From Gordius albopunctatus (taxonomy: Eukaryota), in NCBI GenBank assembly GCA_964276515.1, contig OZ193909.1, positions 14,012,001 to 14,076,000 of the forward strand: a DNA stretch of 64,000 bases, in the 5' to 3' direction. The position numbers and the translations under genes are program-made. Every line of letters begins with the position of its first letter. Position 1 is the stretch's first letter. The notes under the pieces are model-generated. The model worked only from the letters and a program-made list of their open reading frames with translations, was not told where the DNA came from and did not search any database. Below, in pieces: positions 36,601 through 48,900 of the stretch.

Positions 36601-39600
36601 TTAAAAGGTTTTAGAGGGGAAGTAGAACAGAAGGGATTCATCGTCATAATCATAAATAATAGTTAACACCCGCTCGGCCAAAGCAGCCAAGGTCAGAGAT
36701 AATGGATGGATGGCCGGCCTACTATTAAAAAATATAATGATACTACTACAACGGAGGGGTCTAAGGAGAAAGTAAATACTGAATAACAGAGCAGTGTTGG
36801 CACATAAAAAAGACGACGAAGGAGGAGCACAGCAGCATTTATTATAGCAGGACAATGCTTGCTTCTTAGTCGAGTCGAGGCAAGGGAGTGTTAAGAATCA
36901 TCTGAATAGGTCTCTAATCAGGATTTGAGAGTGAGGGAGATGGGAATCATGCATGGTTGGTTGATTAAGGACAAAGATGTTGAAAAAAAAATTAATTTGT
37001 TATACCATCTGCCGCTCTCGTAGAACTACTTCAAAACGGTATCTTAAGAAGTGTGCAAAATATCAAGATACCTTATAATAATTTTTGCTGAAGCTAACTA
37101 TTAAGTATTAATCTAGTAGAAGCTGCAATTTATATAAATATATAAAATGATTACCTGCAATTTGTGCGTGTAAGCCCAAGTGGCGCCTCCGATTTCAGCC
37201 CCGAAAATGATGAGCAGGAACATGAAATACTAGATAAGAATATATGAGTAGATGATACAACAACATAATTGATATCGCTATAAATGCCCTTTTAAAAGGA
37301 TTCATAAATTGCATAGTAATCGATAGTATATATATTTATCTTTAAAAAGAATATAAATTCAATAACTTTTCACAAATATATTCGAAATGATTAAGTGAGG
37401 AGTTACACTATTAATACAAATATTAAATATATCATTCCTAAAATAAAATTCTATAATTTTACTAAAACATCTCAGATCAAAACTTGTATAAAAAACGTGG
37501 GTGCGCTTTAAATTCACAGCCAAAATATGCTTATTTTTGGCGAAGTCAAAGCAAACATTTCTCAGTAGTTAAACGCAAATTGTCACAGAAGTTCGTGCAT
37601 CGTCAGGGAGGCCAAAGTGGGTTTAAGGAAAAATATGCTAGTAGCATGAGCTAAGGATTTAATTTAACCTCGGAGTTTTAACACAGTAACGATTCCATTC
37701 TAATTAAAAACGGGTGCTACTGCCTGCCAGCGAGCTGTATGATGACGTTATATAATTTTATCATCGTGTCTATTATACCAACCCCATCGCATCCCCCCAC
37801 ACAATGTTCCTCGTGTTTTTTTGAGTTTTGACCTAAAATTGGATTTTAGGTGCAAAAATCTAGGTTTCTCAGAGATTAACCCTAACTTCATCTATGGGGC
37901 GGGACAAAGGAAGAAAGAGAGAGAGAGAGAGAAAGCTTAAGAAACTCTATTATTGACTTAATTAACTCGACCTCCTCCCCCCCCCCAACTCAATTTACAT
38001 CTGACTGACTGGTGTATAATGCGTCGTCCTTCTTGTCGGTGACACGAAAGCAAGCAAGCATGCATGCATGGCATGGGAAAAGGGGTAATAATACCATAAC
38101 GCTATCACCAAAGGAAAGAAGTAACTACTGGGTAATCAAACTCAACTTTTCTTGCCTATCGCCTAGGTAGGAGGTATATTTATGTGAAACTGAAAAGGAA
38201 GGGAAGGCGGCGCGCAACGGACCGTTAATCCGTGTTAAACACCGCAAGCAACCCTTTCATCAATTAATAAGATTGTATCAGGTGAGATGATATAATAAAT
38301 TAATCAGCCTGGCCCCCGGCTCAATACTAAATTGCCCCGTATCCAGTCAAAACAGATAAAGGCGCGAGACGATTTTGCCGGAGAGAGATAAATTGCATAG
38401 CAATTAAAAGTTTGAGCAGATTTGTAGTAGATAAATATATAAATAGCGCTTATTAAGTTAAAAAACTATAAACATCGACTTTCTAACACTTCAAGTATTT
38501 CACCTAGCTTATTACGTCCTCGACAGAAAATTAACGCTTAAAGTAATTATTATCGATGAATCTCACAATAACGTTATCAAGGAGCGAGTTCTCTGGCTAA
38601 GCCTGAAAGCTCGTTCTCGCCAAAGAAAGCAGGCGCTGAAGGCTATAGAATGAACCGTTTAAAGCGATAAATGATACTTTCTAACAAATACTACTATCAT
38701 ATCATCACACACAGTAGAACTAGAACTAATAAGGAGAGAAAGGGATCTTGTGGTGGGAATAAAAAAAAGGAAGTATAAAAAGGGAAAACGTGAGGAGGCA
38801 TTTAAATGTTACTACTGCAAAGGAGGGAAAGAAGGAGAAAATACACCGCAAATCACAACTAATCACATTTATGTGGAATAAAACGTTGGGGGGGGAAGAA
38901 ATTGATTGTCGGTGAGCAAACGTTAATTAAACACGGTCACATTCATACTCATTAACCCATATATCACGCAAAATGTAAAATAACACGCGTTTAGGTATTA
39001 CACTATAATTATATTATCATTGAGAATAGAAAAAGTAAAGGCAAGTTTCAGGACCGTAACTATAAAATTTATGGCATAACAAGTATCTATGCGACGAGGA
39101 CGCCCACCACACCATAGGAATTTTTATATAATTAGTACCTAATAATATTCGATCACAAAATAATTTCGAGATAAGTTTCCGCTGGTAATAGAAAGAAACA
39201 AATAGATGGCGGACGTAGGATCAATTATAGAAGAGTAATAATGCATTGATGATTAAGACTTATTCTGTCTGACAGAGTTTTTCTCTCACGTGAACCTCCT
39301 CCCCGTTTAAGAACGAGCCATAATTAACGGGGACGAGCGAGTATGCCCCATTTTACATTGATTCGAGCCCCCACCCAACAAGCCAGCCTTAAATGGGTCG
39401 TCTAAGGCTACCTCCTCATACAGGCAGAGCAGCTAAAGAGGGAAGGGGAAGATGGAAAAGGCTGTGGTGTTTGATCGCAAAATCACCACCACCGGATCCC
39501 ATTATATATATGTGTGCATAATGTAGGAATGGGGGGGGGGTTTAATCCTGCTAATGCGTGTAGTGGTGGAGGAGTACGCTATTTATTGGTAAAATTGTGG

Positions 39601-42340
39601 GAGGATGGGTGTTCGTGTTGTGTTTTTACACCCACTCACTCACTCTAGTAGTGGTTTGTGCATGTTGTGAAATTAATCGATACCGTGTAATAATAAAATA
39701 GTAATGATGGGATGGATGGAATATATATATGTATGGAAATAGTGGGGAAAAAAGATGCCCCCTCCCCAATTTAAGTCAGCCCCTTAAGTGTAAGGATAGG
39801 GGGGGGGGTTTACTGTCAATTCAATGGGAAATGCGACTCCTTATCGTTAAAGCAATCTGTTCTCGCGGATTAATTGAATTAAAATGACCATCTCGTCCTC
39901 CCCAAATCCAATCTATGGCCACGATCATTGAAGTCAATACCGTACTGATCAATAACCAAGGATTGTACGAAAACCAATCGAATGTTTTGGGCCTATTTGA
40001 GATCAACCGAAAAAACCTAACTTATTAACAGCGCTCTAATAGGTATATATGTTTTAAATTTACCCCGTACTAAGATCCAAAATAAAATTTAGGTACTACA
40101 ATAGCGAATGCTAAGGACAAGAATTTGCAGCATAGATTAAGGAAGGCTCGAGGCGAACCTATAATTTTTGTCATCACTTATCTATCTAGGTTTAATGGCT
40201 TTAAGTGTAATTTAAATGAATATAGGGAGACCGAGATATATAAGACCCGGCAGCTTTACTATAGAGAGTGCCCCCCCCCCGGTAGTGTTGTAAAAACGCC
40301 TGGGTTTTGACAAAATCTAGGCGTTTTTACAACACTACCCCCCGCATTAAAAAATTATTTAATAAACGAGGGGTCAAATTTTGAAAGAATTACCGTCAAG
40401 AAGTTCCTCAAGCTATTACCCAATTCTGACCCCCCCAATCTTTAGTTGTGCCGATGGACGGACCAGCAATGTGGAGAAGACTAAAATAAAAGCTCAACAG
40501 CCACCCAACATGTGATGTCATGGCATCATGTAAATATTGAGCTGATTTTAGGTGAAAATATCCAATTCATCGAGGATCCTACTATGATACACTCTACACA
40601 GTATAATAGTACTTTGGTGGTGGTGAATTGGCTCCACAAGGATTAGCAACAAATGTTGATGCTTTGGAGATTTTTTGTTTTCATTAAAATTCTTTACTAC
40701 CTTGCAATGTAGAAAGATGTAATTTCCTGGGCGGAGCCAGGATTCGAATTAGAGGAGGGGGGGTGATTAGTGCTTCAGACAGGGACAAAATGATAATTTT
40801 TGCAATTTAAGCCAAAATTGTATTAAAATTTTGAAAATTTCTTGATTAAGAGGGGGGCAACCGCCCCCCCCCCAACGCCCATGTGCATTTGATATTGATT
40901 TATAGATACAGCTGTTATTCACGTAGGTGACATTTTGAGACGAATGATATTTCTTTAATTGACGACATCACATCATACACACTTAAACCTTCTTAAACGT
41001 AGTTATTTGAATAACGAATATGCCCAGCCATAAAAGATGTGATAAAATTCAACTATTAAAAATTGAACGCATTCTAGAAACTAGTGGCTATACTGGGCAA
41101 GGCGACCGATCCTTTTCTAACATATCTAAATTAATCATTTGTTTTAATATTTTAAAATTTATCAAAGGCAAGTTGAAGCTCTCTTGTCTATTAAATTGAT
41201 TACGTTGAATCCGTTATTTCGTAATTAATCATATAATTCAAGTCGCGTAAAACAGTTTTCGGGGGTATTATGAAATATCGATTAAACTATAAAGTCCAAA
41301 CAATAAAAAATATCGAAATTTATAGTTAGCTCATGTAAATTTATAACGTTTTGTTATGTTAAAAATGAAATTTCGTTTAATTATAGGCATAGCAATTAAA
41401 ACCTATTCAAGACGTTCTAGTTAAAAGATAATTAATGTGATACTAGAGGTAGTGATCTCAAAATCGATAATGATGGATGAAGCTATATAAAAGCTCTTCA
41501 GAGCCACTTGTTAATTGATATTAATGGGATATGTATGTACGTATGAAATCTTTTTCCAATTTTATATAAAAAAATGCCTTTTAATAATTTAGAAAAATTG
41601 TGATTTAAGGTAAACATTTTTTTGCTGAATTTAGATAAAAGATATAAATTTTATTTTTACATAAATAATATATTAAAAGGAATTGCATAGCAAAGGTAGA
41701 TAAGGGAAATGATTCAATTTTCTATTCATTTGTAAAATAATATATAAACCTATTATGTAACAATAAATTGCATAGCAATTAACTATTTCAGACCAAAAAT
41801 AAAATTGACCACCTTGTTTCATTAGAATAGCAGATACAATTAAACTATTTTTATGACATGAATGCAAAATATTATTGAATATTAAATAATCACTAAAAAA
41901 ATTTGCCATTAATAATTTAAATACTTATTGATGTTAAGGGTAGTTGTAATAATATACAGGGGTTTTAAAAGTAAAGGTATATGAATGGACACTCTAAAAA
42001 TTAGGGTAATAATTTAATAAACTTACCACTGCCAGAAGACATTGACTTTCATGATATGCCCCACAACATCCTACAAATCCGATTAGCGTCATTAAGGCGC
42101 CAGCGCCTATGAGAATATAGACTCCAGTATAATATTTCTCCAAATTTTCGCCAGCCCCTACAACCAAGGTTGTGTGTGGACTAAATCGCAGCCAGATTGA
42201 GGCCCCCAATACACCCAAACCCAATAACTATAATTACATTTCATTTTAAAAAGTAAAAACTTATAAAAGCTTACCCAAAACAAAAAATTTAAGCTGAATA
42301 CTGTATATTTTAAACATTTCAAACATATGTCGTATCCCAT
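33619..42340 (-). CDS. Tetraspanin (CD9/CD81-like N-terminus, 6-Cys EC2), 299 aa
   Basis: Seven exons, phase-0 introns: 42340-42275, 42227-42027, 37229-37155, 35888-35790, 35053-34757, 34037-33954, 33696-33619. KCLKYTVFSLNFLFW, GFVGCCGAYHESQCLL, FRCCG..DW, VPVSCC, IFQTGC, four TM segments. Confidence 0.93.
40283..40337. mobile_element. 55-bp minimal hAT MITE (TAGTGTTGTAAAAA family)
   Basis: 27-bp inverted arms (2 mismatches) around one central A; flanks CCCCCCGG/CCCCCCGC (7/8); same TIR as element 56076-61892. Confidence 0.8.
40726..40883. mobile_element. hAT-type MITE, diverged CATGGGCGTAGCCA-family copy
   Basis: CCTGGGCGGAGCCAG...CAACGCCCATG with family internal sequence; TSD decayed. Confidence 0.6.
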
Positions 42341-44559
42341 GTTGAATAAAATGAAAAATAAATTTTGAGCGTCAATTGATTACAAAAATTACATAATTAA
42401 AAATAAAATAGAAGGATAGGGGTCACTGTTCTACTTTGACCGGTTCCCAAATAGAATACCTGGTTCATTTATAATTTCATTTTACTATGATATATATGAA
42501 TAGATTATATATAAACATTAGTAACTAAATATCATATTATTTTTATAAACATCTAGAATAAGGAGTGCTATGAAAAATGGCATAAATTATTTACATCTGA
42601 GGCTAAAATAATAAATAAGACTAATTAATATTATCTATAATAAAAAAAATCTTAAAAGATAGTTATGATTAATATAGTGCGCTTGATATAAAAAAATAAG
42701 CCTATGGAACTCACATTTTTTTAATGTTCCCAAATATTTATTATTATAAAATTTATAAATTTCGCAGTGTTTATTTAACTACATAAATTTCATAAATATA
42801 TGACGTTTATCTTTTAATAAAGTTGACCTTGTAAACACTATCTAAATTCAAATTAATAGATAGAGTAAAATATAAATAACTTACCATAAGTACTTATAAT
42901 TTTTAAAATCTTATTAGTAAAACATAAGCATAGCCAGTATCCTTCACCATTGAAAGGGAAAGATTTAAAAACAAAATGTTTAAAATTCCAATAGTTGTAG
43001 TGGTTATATGAAAAGATTTTAGGAACTAAACTAAATACCTTTTTAAAAAGGAAACTAGGAACCTGAACTGGATACTTTTAAGCCAAATTATCGGCCATTT
43101 ATTTTAAAAACTTACATTTTATATAATCTTATTAAATTTTAAACATCATTGGAATATGTCTAGCAATTTATGGAAATTTGCATACATGGCGCCGCCATCA
43201 TTTGATTATGTCGAAAAGGGCATAAATTACATAGTAAATAGTAATTTTAATGCATGAAGTAATTTTTTAAATATGTTAATTGATATTATATGGTTCGTAA
43301 TAGCCCCGATTTTTTTTTGATTTTAAATAATAATTTCAAAAATGTTTACAATTTAAGATTGTTCAAGTATTTTTTATGTTTATTATGAAATCTGTTTAAA
43401 TTAATAAAGCGATCTTAAATTTTAGTCGATTCAAGAAGACTTATCTAAGTTGAATTTTATCAAGCAAATCTAGAGTTCACAAAACATCCACGCAACTAAT
43501 ATATATCTTTAAAAACACACACGGTAATTATTTGATATCTTTAATAAGTTGTAATTTATTAAAACCAAAAATAAAACCTATATTCTTGCATAGAAACTAT
43601 TTAAAGATGTATAACTATCAAGAATTTTCACTTTGAAAAACCAGTCAACGCTTAGCTCTTCCATTTTAAACCATATCTTATTTTATTACTTTTTTGTCCC
43701 AACGTATTAATATATTTTATTGTGATACTGATGCCATAATAGTTAAATCCTCCTCACTGCCACTAGATAATTGATGGAAAATGAAAGTGTTAAGTCGGAT
43801 GGAGCAAAATTAGAACAATTTATGACCGGGATGTGTTGGGATTTAAAATTTGCATTTGCTGACCTCCCGTAAGAACATATCTATTATTTAAATATAAATA
43901 TGTAAAATATAGCGAATACACCCAAATCAACGAGCACATTCTTGATAATAAAAAAGTGTTAAAAAAACAAATTTATGCAAACAAAAAATTTGATTCAATA
44001 ACAATTTTTTATTTGTATGTTTATAAAATTTTAAGAAGTAATATTTAAAAGGGTTGGGACGTTGACTATTTTAATAAAATTTGAGTGTCCTTAAAGTTTT
44101 CGAACTTTATTGAAATACTTCAACTTTTTTAAAATTTAAATGACTCCTAATGTTCCTTGCTCTGTTTAATATGCACTTGCTGGCCAGCCCTATTCATAAC
44201 CAACTAATTGTTAAGCAAATTGCGAATTTTCATCTTATTAATTTTGCTGATATATATTATTAGTGAATTATCGATTACCTTGATTTAGAATATTTTATAT
44301 TATGTACATCTTATAAATGACAAATGTTAACTTCAATATGCTTTAGTTTTAAGGTCAAAATGGTCTACCATTTTATTATTTGAACATAGTGCCTAAGGCG
44401 TGATTTGTGAATATGTGTAAAAGATGGACCTTGGCCCTGAATGACTTCAAGTGTATACCAAGTTATTATGAGTCGAAAGCGAGATGGCATTGATAAGCCA
44501 TTTTTACCGCTATCAAATTACTGTATATTCCTTATTTTATAAAAAGTTAATATTTGTAA

Positions 44560-45742
44560 ATGATTTTCTCATTACAACATAACGGATACTTTCTAATTCA
44601 CGGATGGATCATTACCACAAATACAGGTTATAGTTTTAAATTAGCGACGAGAAAAATAAATTGATTTTAGTTAATATTATATATGATTAAAAATTTAAAT
44701 TATCCAATCAATAGTATGAATTTTTTTTATTGTATATATGATTGTTTTTGACAGAGTTGATAGCTACGTGTCTATTTATCGTTTGCCTGGGATTTTTCAA
44801 TGAAGCATTGAAAGCTATGAGAAAATATCTCTATAAAAATCCAATTTTTTTCAATGCCAACAAATTTATCTTTAAAAATGACAAGTACAAACTTTTCGTT
44901 TGCCGCCATGGAACTTCGGTAATCCCTACAGAAAAAGGAAAACAACATTTTTGGAATAAAACATATAAAAATGACAATAGTAATTTCTATCAAGATTATC
45001 CTGAAAAAATGTTTTCATTCCCAAAACACGAAACGATGCGTTTAAATAATCCACCCAACAATGTAATTGACGAAACTGATGAAATGAATTGCGATTGTCT
45101 ATCAAAGTGATTTCACGTGTTAATGAATAATCTATCATTATTCCCAAATTTATTATAATTTTAAAAATATTTTTATTTTTTTGCAATAATTAGTTTTTAC
45201 AAATTCTTTCATATAAACTTGCTGCTAAGTATTTTCTATATATATCAAAAATTTAATGATTTCAATGTTCGCATCGCAGCAGTCAAATTTATAATAATTT
45301 GACCCATAAGTTAAATTCCTAATTTTTTAAATTATCAATATATTTTGAATTCTTGTAGGCAAAATGATTTAGTAGACTTAATTTAAAATAATAATTTATC
45401 CTTCAACCTATTTGATATCAGTAAGTAGCCAAAATTCGAAAATTTATAGTATTGTATTACCATCCAAAAATAAGTATTAATTTATAATTTTAACGTTGTA
45501 GGTTAGGGCTTTTAATGAATATTTATTTATTTAACCCTGTATACGTTAGAATTGAATTAACCGTGGGAGACCACGCGTTGCAAACTGCTTTACACGTCAT
45601 TCAAACTGGGCTCTACTTATCGCTAATGTCCATATTTATGTTCATGAGCGTTTGGTTATCCCTTTCAACCATCATTGGAATCGGTATAGGCTATGCCGCT
45701 TTAATTAAATGCAATACTTACATTTTTAAATCAATTAATTAA
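44560..45742 (+). CDS. Ctr/SLC31 copper transporter family protein, ~203 aa as modelled
   Basis: Exons 44560-44626, 44755-45106, 45550-45742. MIFSL..FLIHGWIITT..LIATCLFIVCLGFFNEALK..HALQTALHVIQTGLYLSLMSIFM (MxxxM)..IIGIGIGY (GxxxG). An additional upstream exon is possible. Confidence 0.85.
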
Positions 45743-45953
45743 AAAACATATTTGTTTGCACATTTTTGCGTTACATTTATACTTGTTATATTGAAGAAAT
45801 ATTTATTATCAACAATAAACACCTAACAAACACATGGAAACAATAAATACAATTACAAAGTTTCGGTAACAAAAACCGAAGTTAAATACAAATGAAAATA
45901 CTGATACATTTTTGGTAACATAGAGATCTCTTTAAACCTATCGTCAGACTAAT

Positions 45954-48900
45954 TTAATTAGAATTACTAGGGGGTAGAACTTGGTATTGGATACCCAAGG
46001 AGGCGTTATAAACTTGGGCAGGGCCTAGATTGATGAGGGAGACGGCTTTAGGTGTCTTTTCAAAATTTTGTTTGCCCTTAGGGTTAGAAATCGAGGAAGA
46101 GGATGAAATAGATGAAGTTTGTGGGTTAGCGTCTTTAGACAGGGAACGAGTCTTATTTTTGAAAGGAATAGAACATTTACGATAAAGAGAAGTTAAAGAT
46201 CCAGAATCAGTCCTGCCCCTTATGCGAGAAGCTATGGTAAGGAGAGGCGATTTTAAAGGCTCATTTTTTGGTCGATCCTCTGCTAATGCGCTTTGTCGAT
46301 CTTTGGAAATTTCCCCAACAGACCCATCTCGTTTTACGACGTAAAATCGGGCGGAAGGTGCCGGAAAGTATCCACGGGTCAAGGGTTTTATGAGTTTGTT
46401 GAATGTTGCTGGTGTATTAGGGTCGCTTCCCACCTTGATAACATCCTCTATATTTTTGTGACAAAAAATTAATAAGATGTATAAAATACTAAAGTTAATT
46501 GGATATAGATGACGTACACGTAAATAATAAACCTTAAATCCGCAAATTCACTTTAATTTACTCAAAAGTAGGAAGAGCTAAAGTGTGGAAATAAATATGC
46601 ATTTAAAAAAACCAAACATACAAAACGGTAACGTAATAAGATCTACCGTCGGGTTGAATACCGTCACGAACGACGGCCCAAACAGCTGGATCACAGATGA
46701 TTTTACATTTAAGGTACATGTCTCCATCGACGTTACCGACAAGGCGAAAGATTCGAGCCGTAAAGGAACAAGGCGTTTCGACTTTAAGAAAGGATGCTCG
46801 TTGTTCATCCGTAGTTCCTAAAAGGGGAGGTACCAAGGTGGTACGTACCAAAAATTGGGTGCGATAATGGACCAAGTCGAAGAGGTACGTGTACAGGTTC
46901 TGTTCGACTTTGTGGGAAGATGGCTGATGATGATGGTATTTCATGTACCAAATGGTGAAGGCCAAGTCTAGGCGATCGTCAAGGGCAGCTATAGATAGAC
47001 GCGTGGAGTTATTTTACCCCACAGAAGAATATGTTAAATAGAATTTGTTGTTAATGCCCAGCTTTTTGAATGAGCAACCAATAAAAAAAATTAGTAAATC
47101 TAGTATTGAAAATATGAATTTAATACAACCAGAAGATATTTCAGAATAATGACGTTACGAGTGATGAAAAATTAACCTAGGTAATAGTAGACGGTAGCTA
47201 TGGATAAACGCGTGGGTGGGATATATATGAGCCCAAAGAGGGGTTGTAATATGTTTTAAATTTCATAACAAGGAGAATTTGTATTGTAAATAAACACAAA
47301 ATTTTTGGTTAAAATAAACCAATAAATAAAAATTCAAAAAAATATACAAAATTTAGTGTTGATTATATAAATTAAAATATTTAGGACATGGAAAATAAAT
47401 CTAGGCGATAGTCGACGTAAGCTACAAGGATTGTTGGGTGTTTTATAAAATGAGGAGATTTTGTAATGTAAATGCCATGTTTTTTAAAGGAGCACACGAA
47501 CTTTGAGAGAAAATTAGCAGAAAATACAATAGAAATTTAAAATACCGCCTTCGAAATTTCAAGGAATCGCATTTTATAATTGCAACATGATTTGCTGTAT
47601 AATTATGTCGACCGTTCGATAGTGATAAAATGCCTATTCCGAGTAGGTCAAGGGTGGAAAGTTATATATTGATTATATGTTAGCAAAATGAAAAAAATAG
47701 CAAAATTCTTATAACAACCGTACAAAAGCGCTTTGAATAGCCCAGGGGCAGGTGAAAGGGTTAAAATACAGTCACATCGGAGGACCATAGACTAAACCAT
47801 TTCACTTCTCTCTTCTATTCAGAATTTAGTGCCTAGCTTGAAAATAGTTAACTCAATTTATAACAACCAACTTTAAAAACGTAAGAAACATAACGTGATT
47901 ATATGCAGTCGAACATGGGCGTACCCGGCCCTAATTTAAAAAAAGATCAAATTTCAATACAAAAACTCTTAAAAATTAAAAAAATAATTATGTTTTGCCC
48001 CCCCCCCCTAATTATTTAAGTCGAGACCATTATTTTTGCTCTCAGGAAATTTTTGGATAGTCAAGAAATTTTTTTTTAAAAATCTGCCCCCCCCCCCTAA
48101 TTTAAAACCTGCGTACGCCCATGCAGTCGAACACACATACTGATGTAGTTGAAATTTAAATATTATCTTATAGCTTCTAAGAATCAATCAAAAAAAGGCT
48201 AGAATTTATGATGATATTTAATTTTAATCAATATCATACCTAAGACACACATAGCTATCAAAATATTCTAAAATGGTCACCTCTTTTTGATTCTGAAATT
48301 TGCAAAGCATCAATTTTTCTGCCAATGTCTGGGTTCTCGAGCTGACTTTCTTTGTAATCCCGCGTTGGAGGTTGTGAATTCAATAGCCAAACATAAGAGG
48401 CGCTCTGATTTCCAGTTATTTTCTTAAAAATATCGTTTTTTTTTTAATAATTATGCATTCGCCCAAATTTATGATTCGCAGATATATTATGGAAAATTTT
48501 TATGAGCAATCAAGATCACAAAAGTTCTATAAAGTTGCAAAACAATTTTGGACAGCGGTTAAAATAAGTCATTGAAATTTAGTTTCTTTGTTGCTACCCA
48601 AAGTAACTATTTTAACCCACGCGCCACGCCCTGGCCCGACTTATAACCAATCAATGTATAACAAAAATTAACTCCCAAAACACACAACCTAAAAAAGCGG
48701 GAACGACGACTATTTCATAACCTCAATTCTTGAGATATTTTCATCTGGCATGACATATCGATCAATCAGTGTCTAATCACCACTAATCTATCCACTTTAG
48801 TTTAACGTCAATTTTTAATTTCAACGCCATCCGAAATTTGCTATAATCCTTAACAATAGAGGTTAGACTTAATTTAGCATGCGCGCTCGTAAAATGATCT

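Noticed and set aside
43185..43200. YY1-like ATGGCG/CGCCAT motif between the divergent tetraspanin and Ctr genes
   Set aside because: A single short motif with no TSS evidence; cannot be called a promoter.
46989..47061. Apparent in-frame TAA (read-through or recoding) in TRAPPC10
   Set aside because: A phase-1 acceptor at 46989-46990 joins cleanly to exon 48281-48422, so the stop is intronic.
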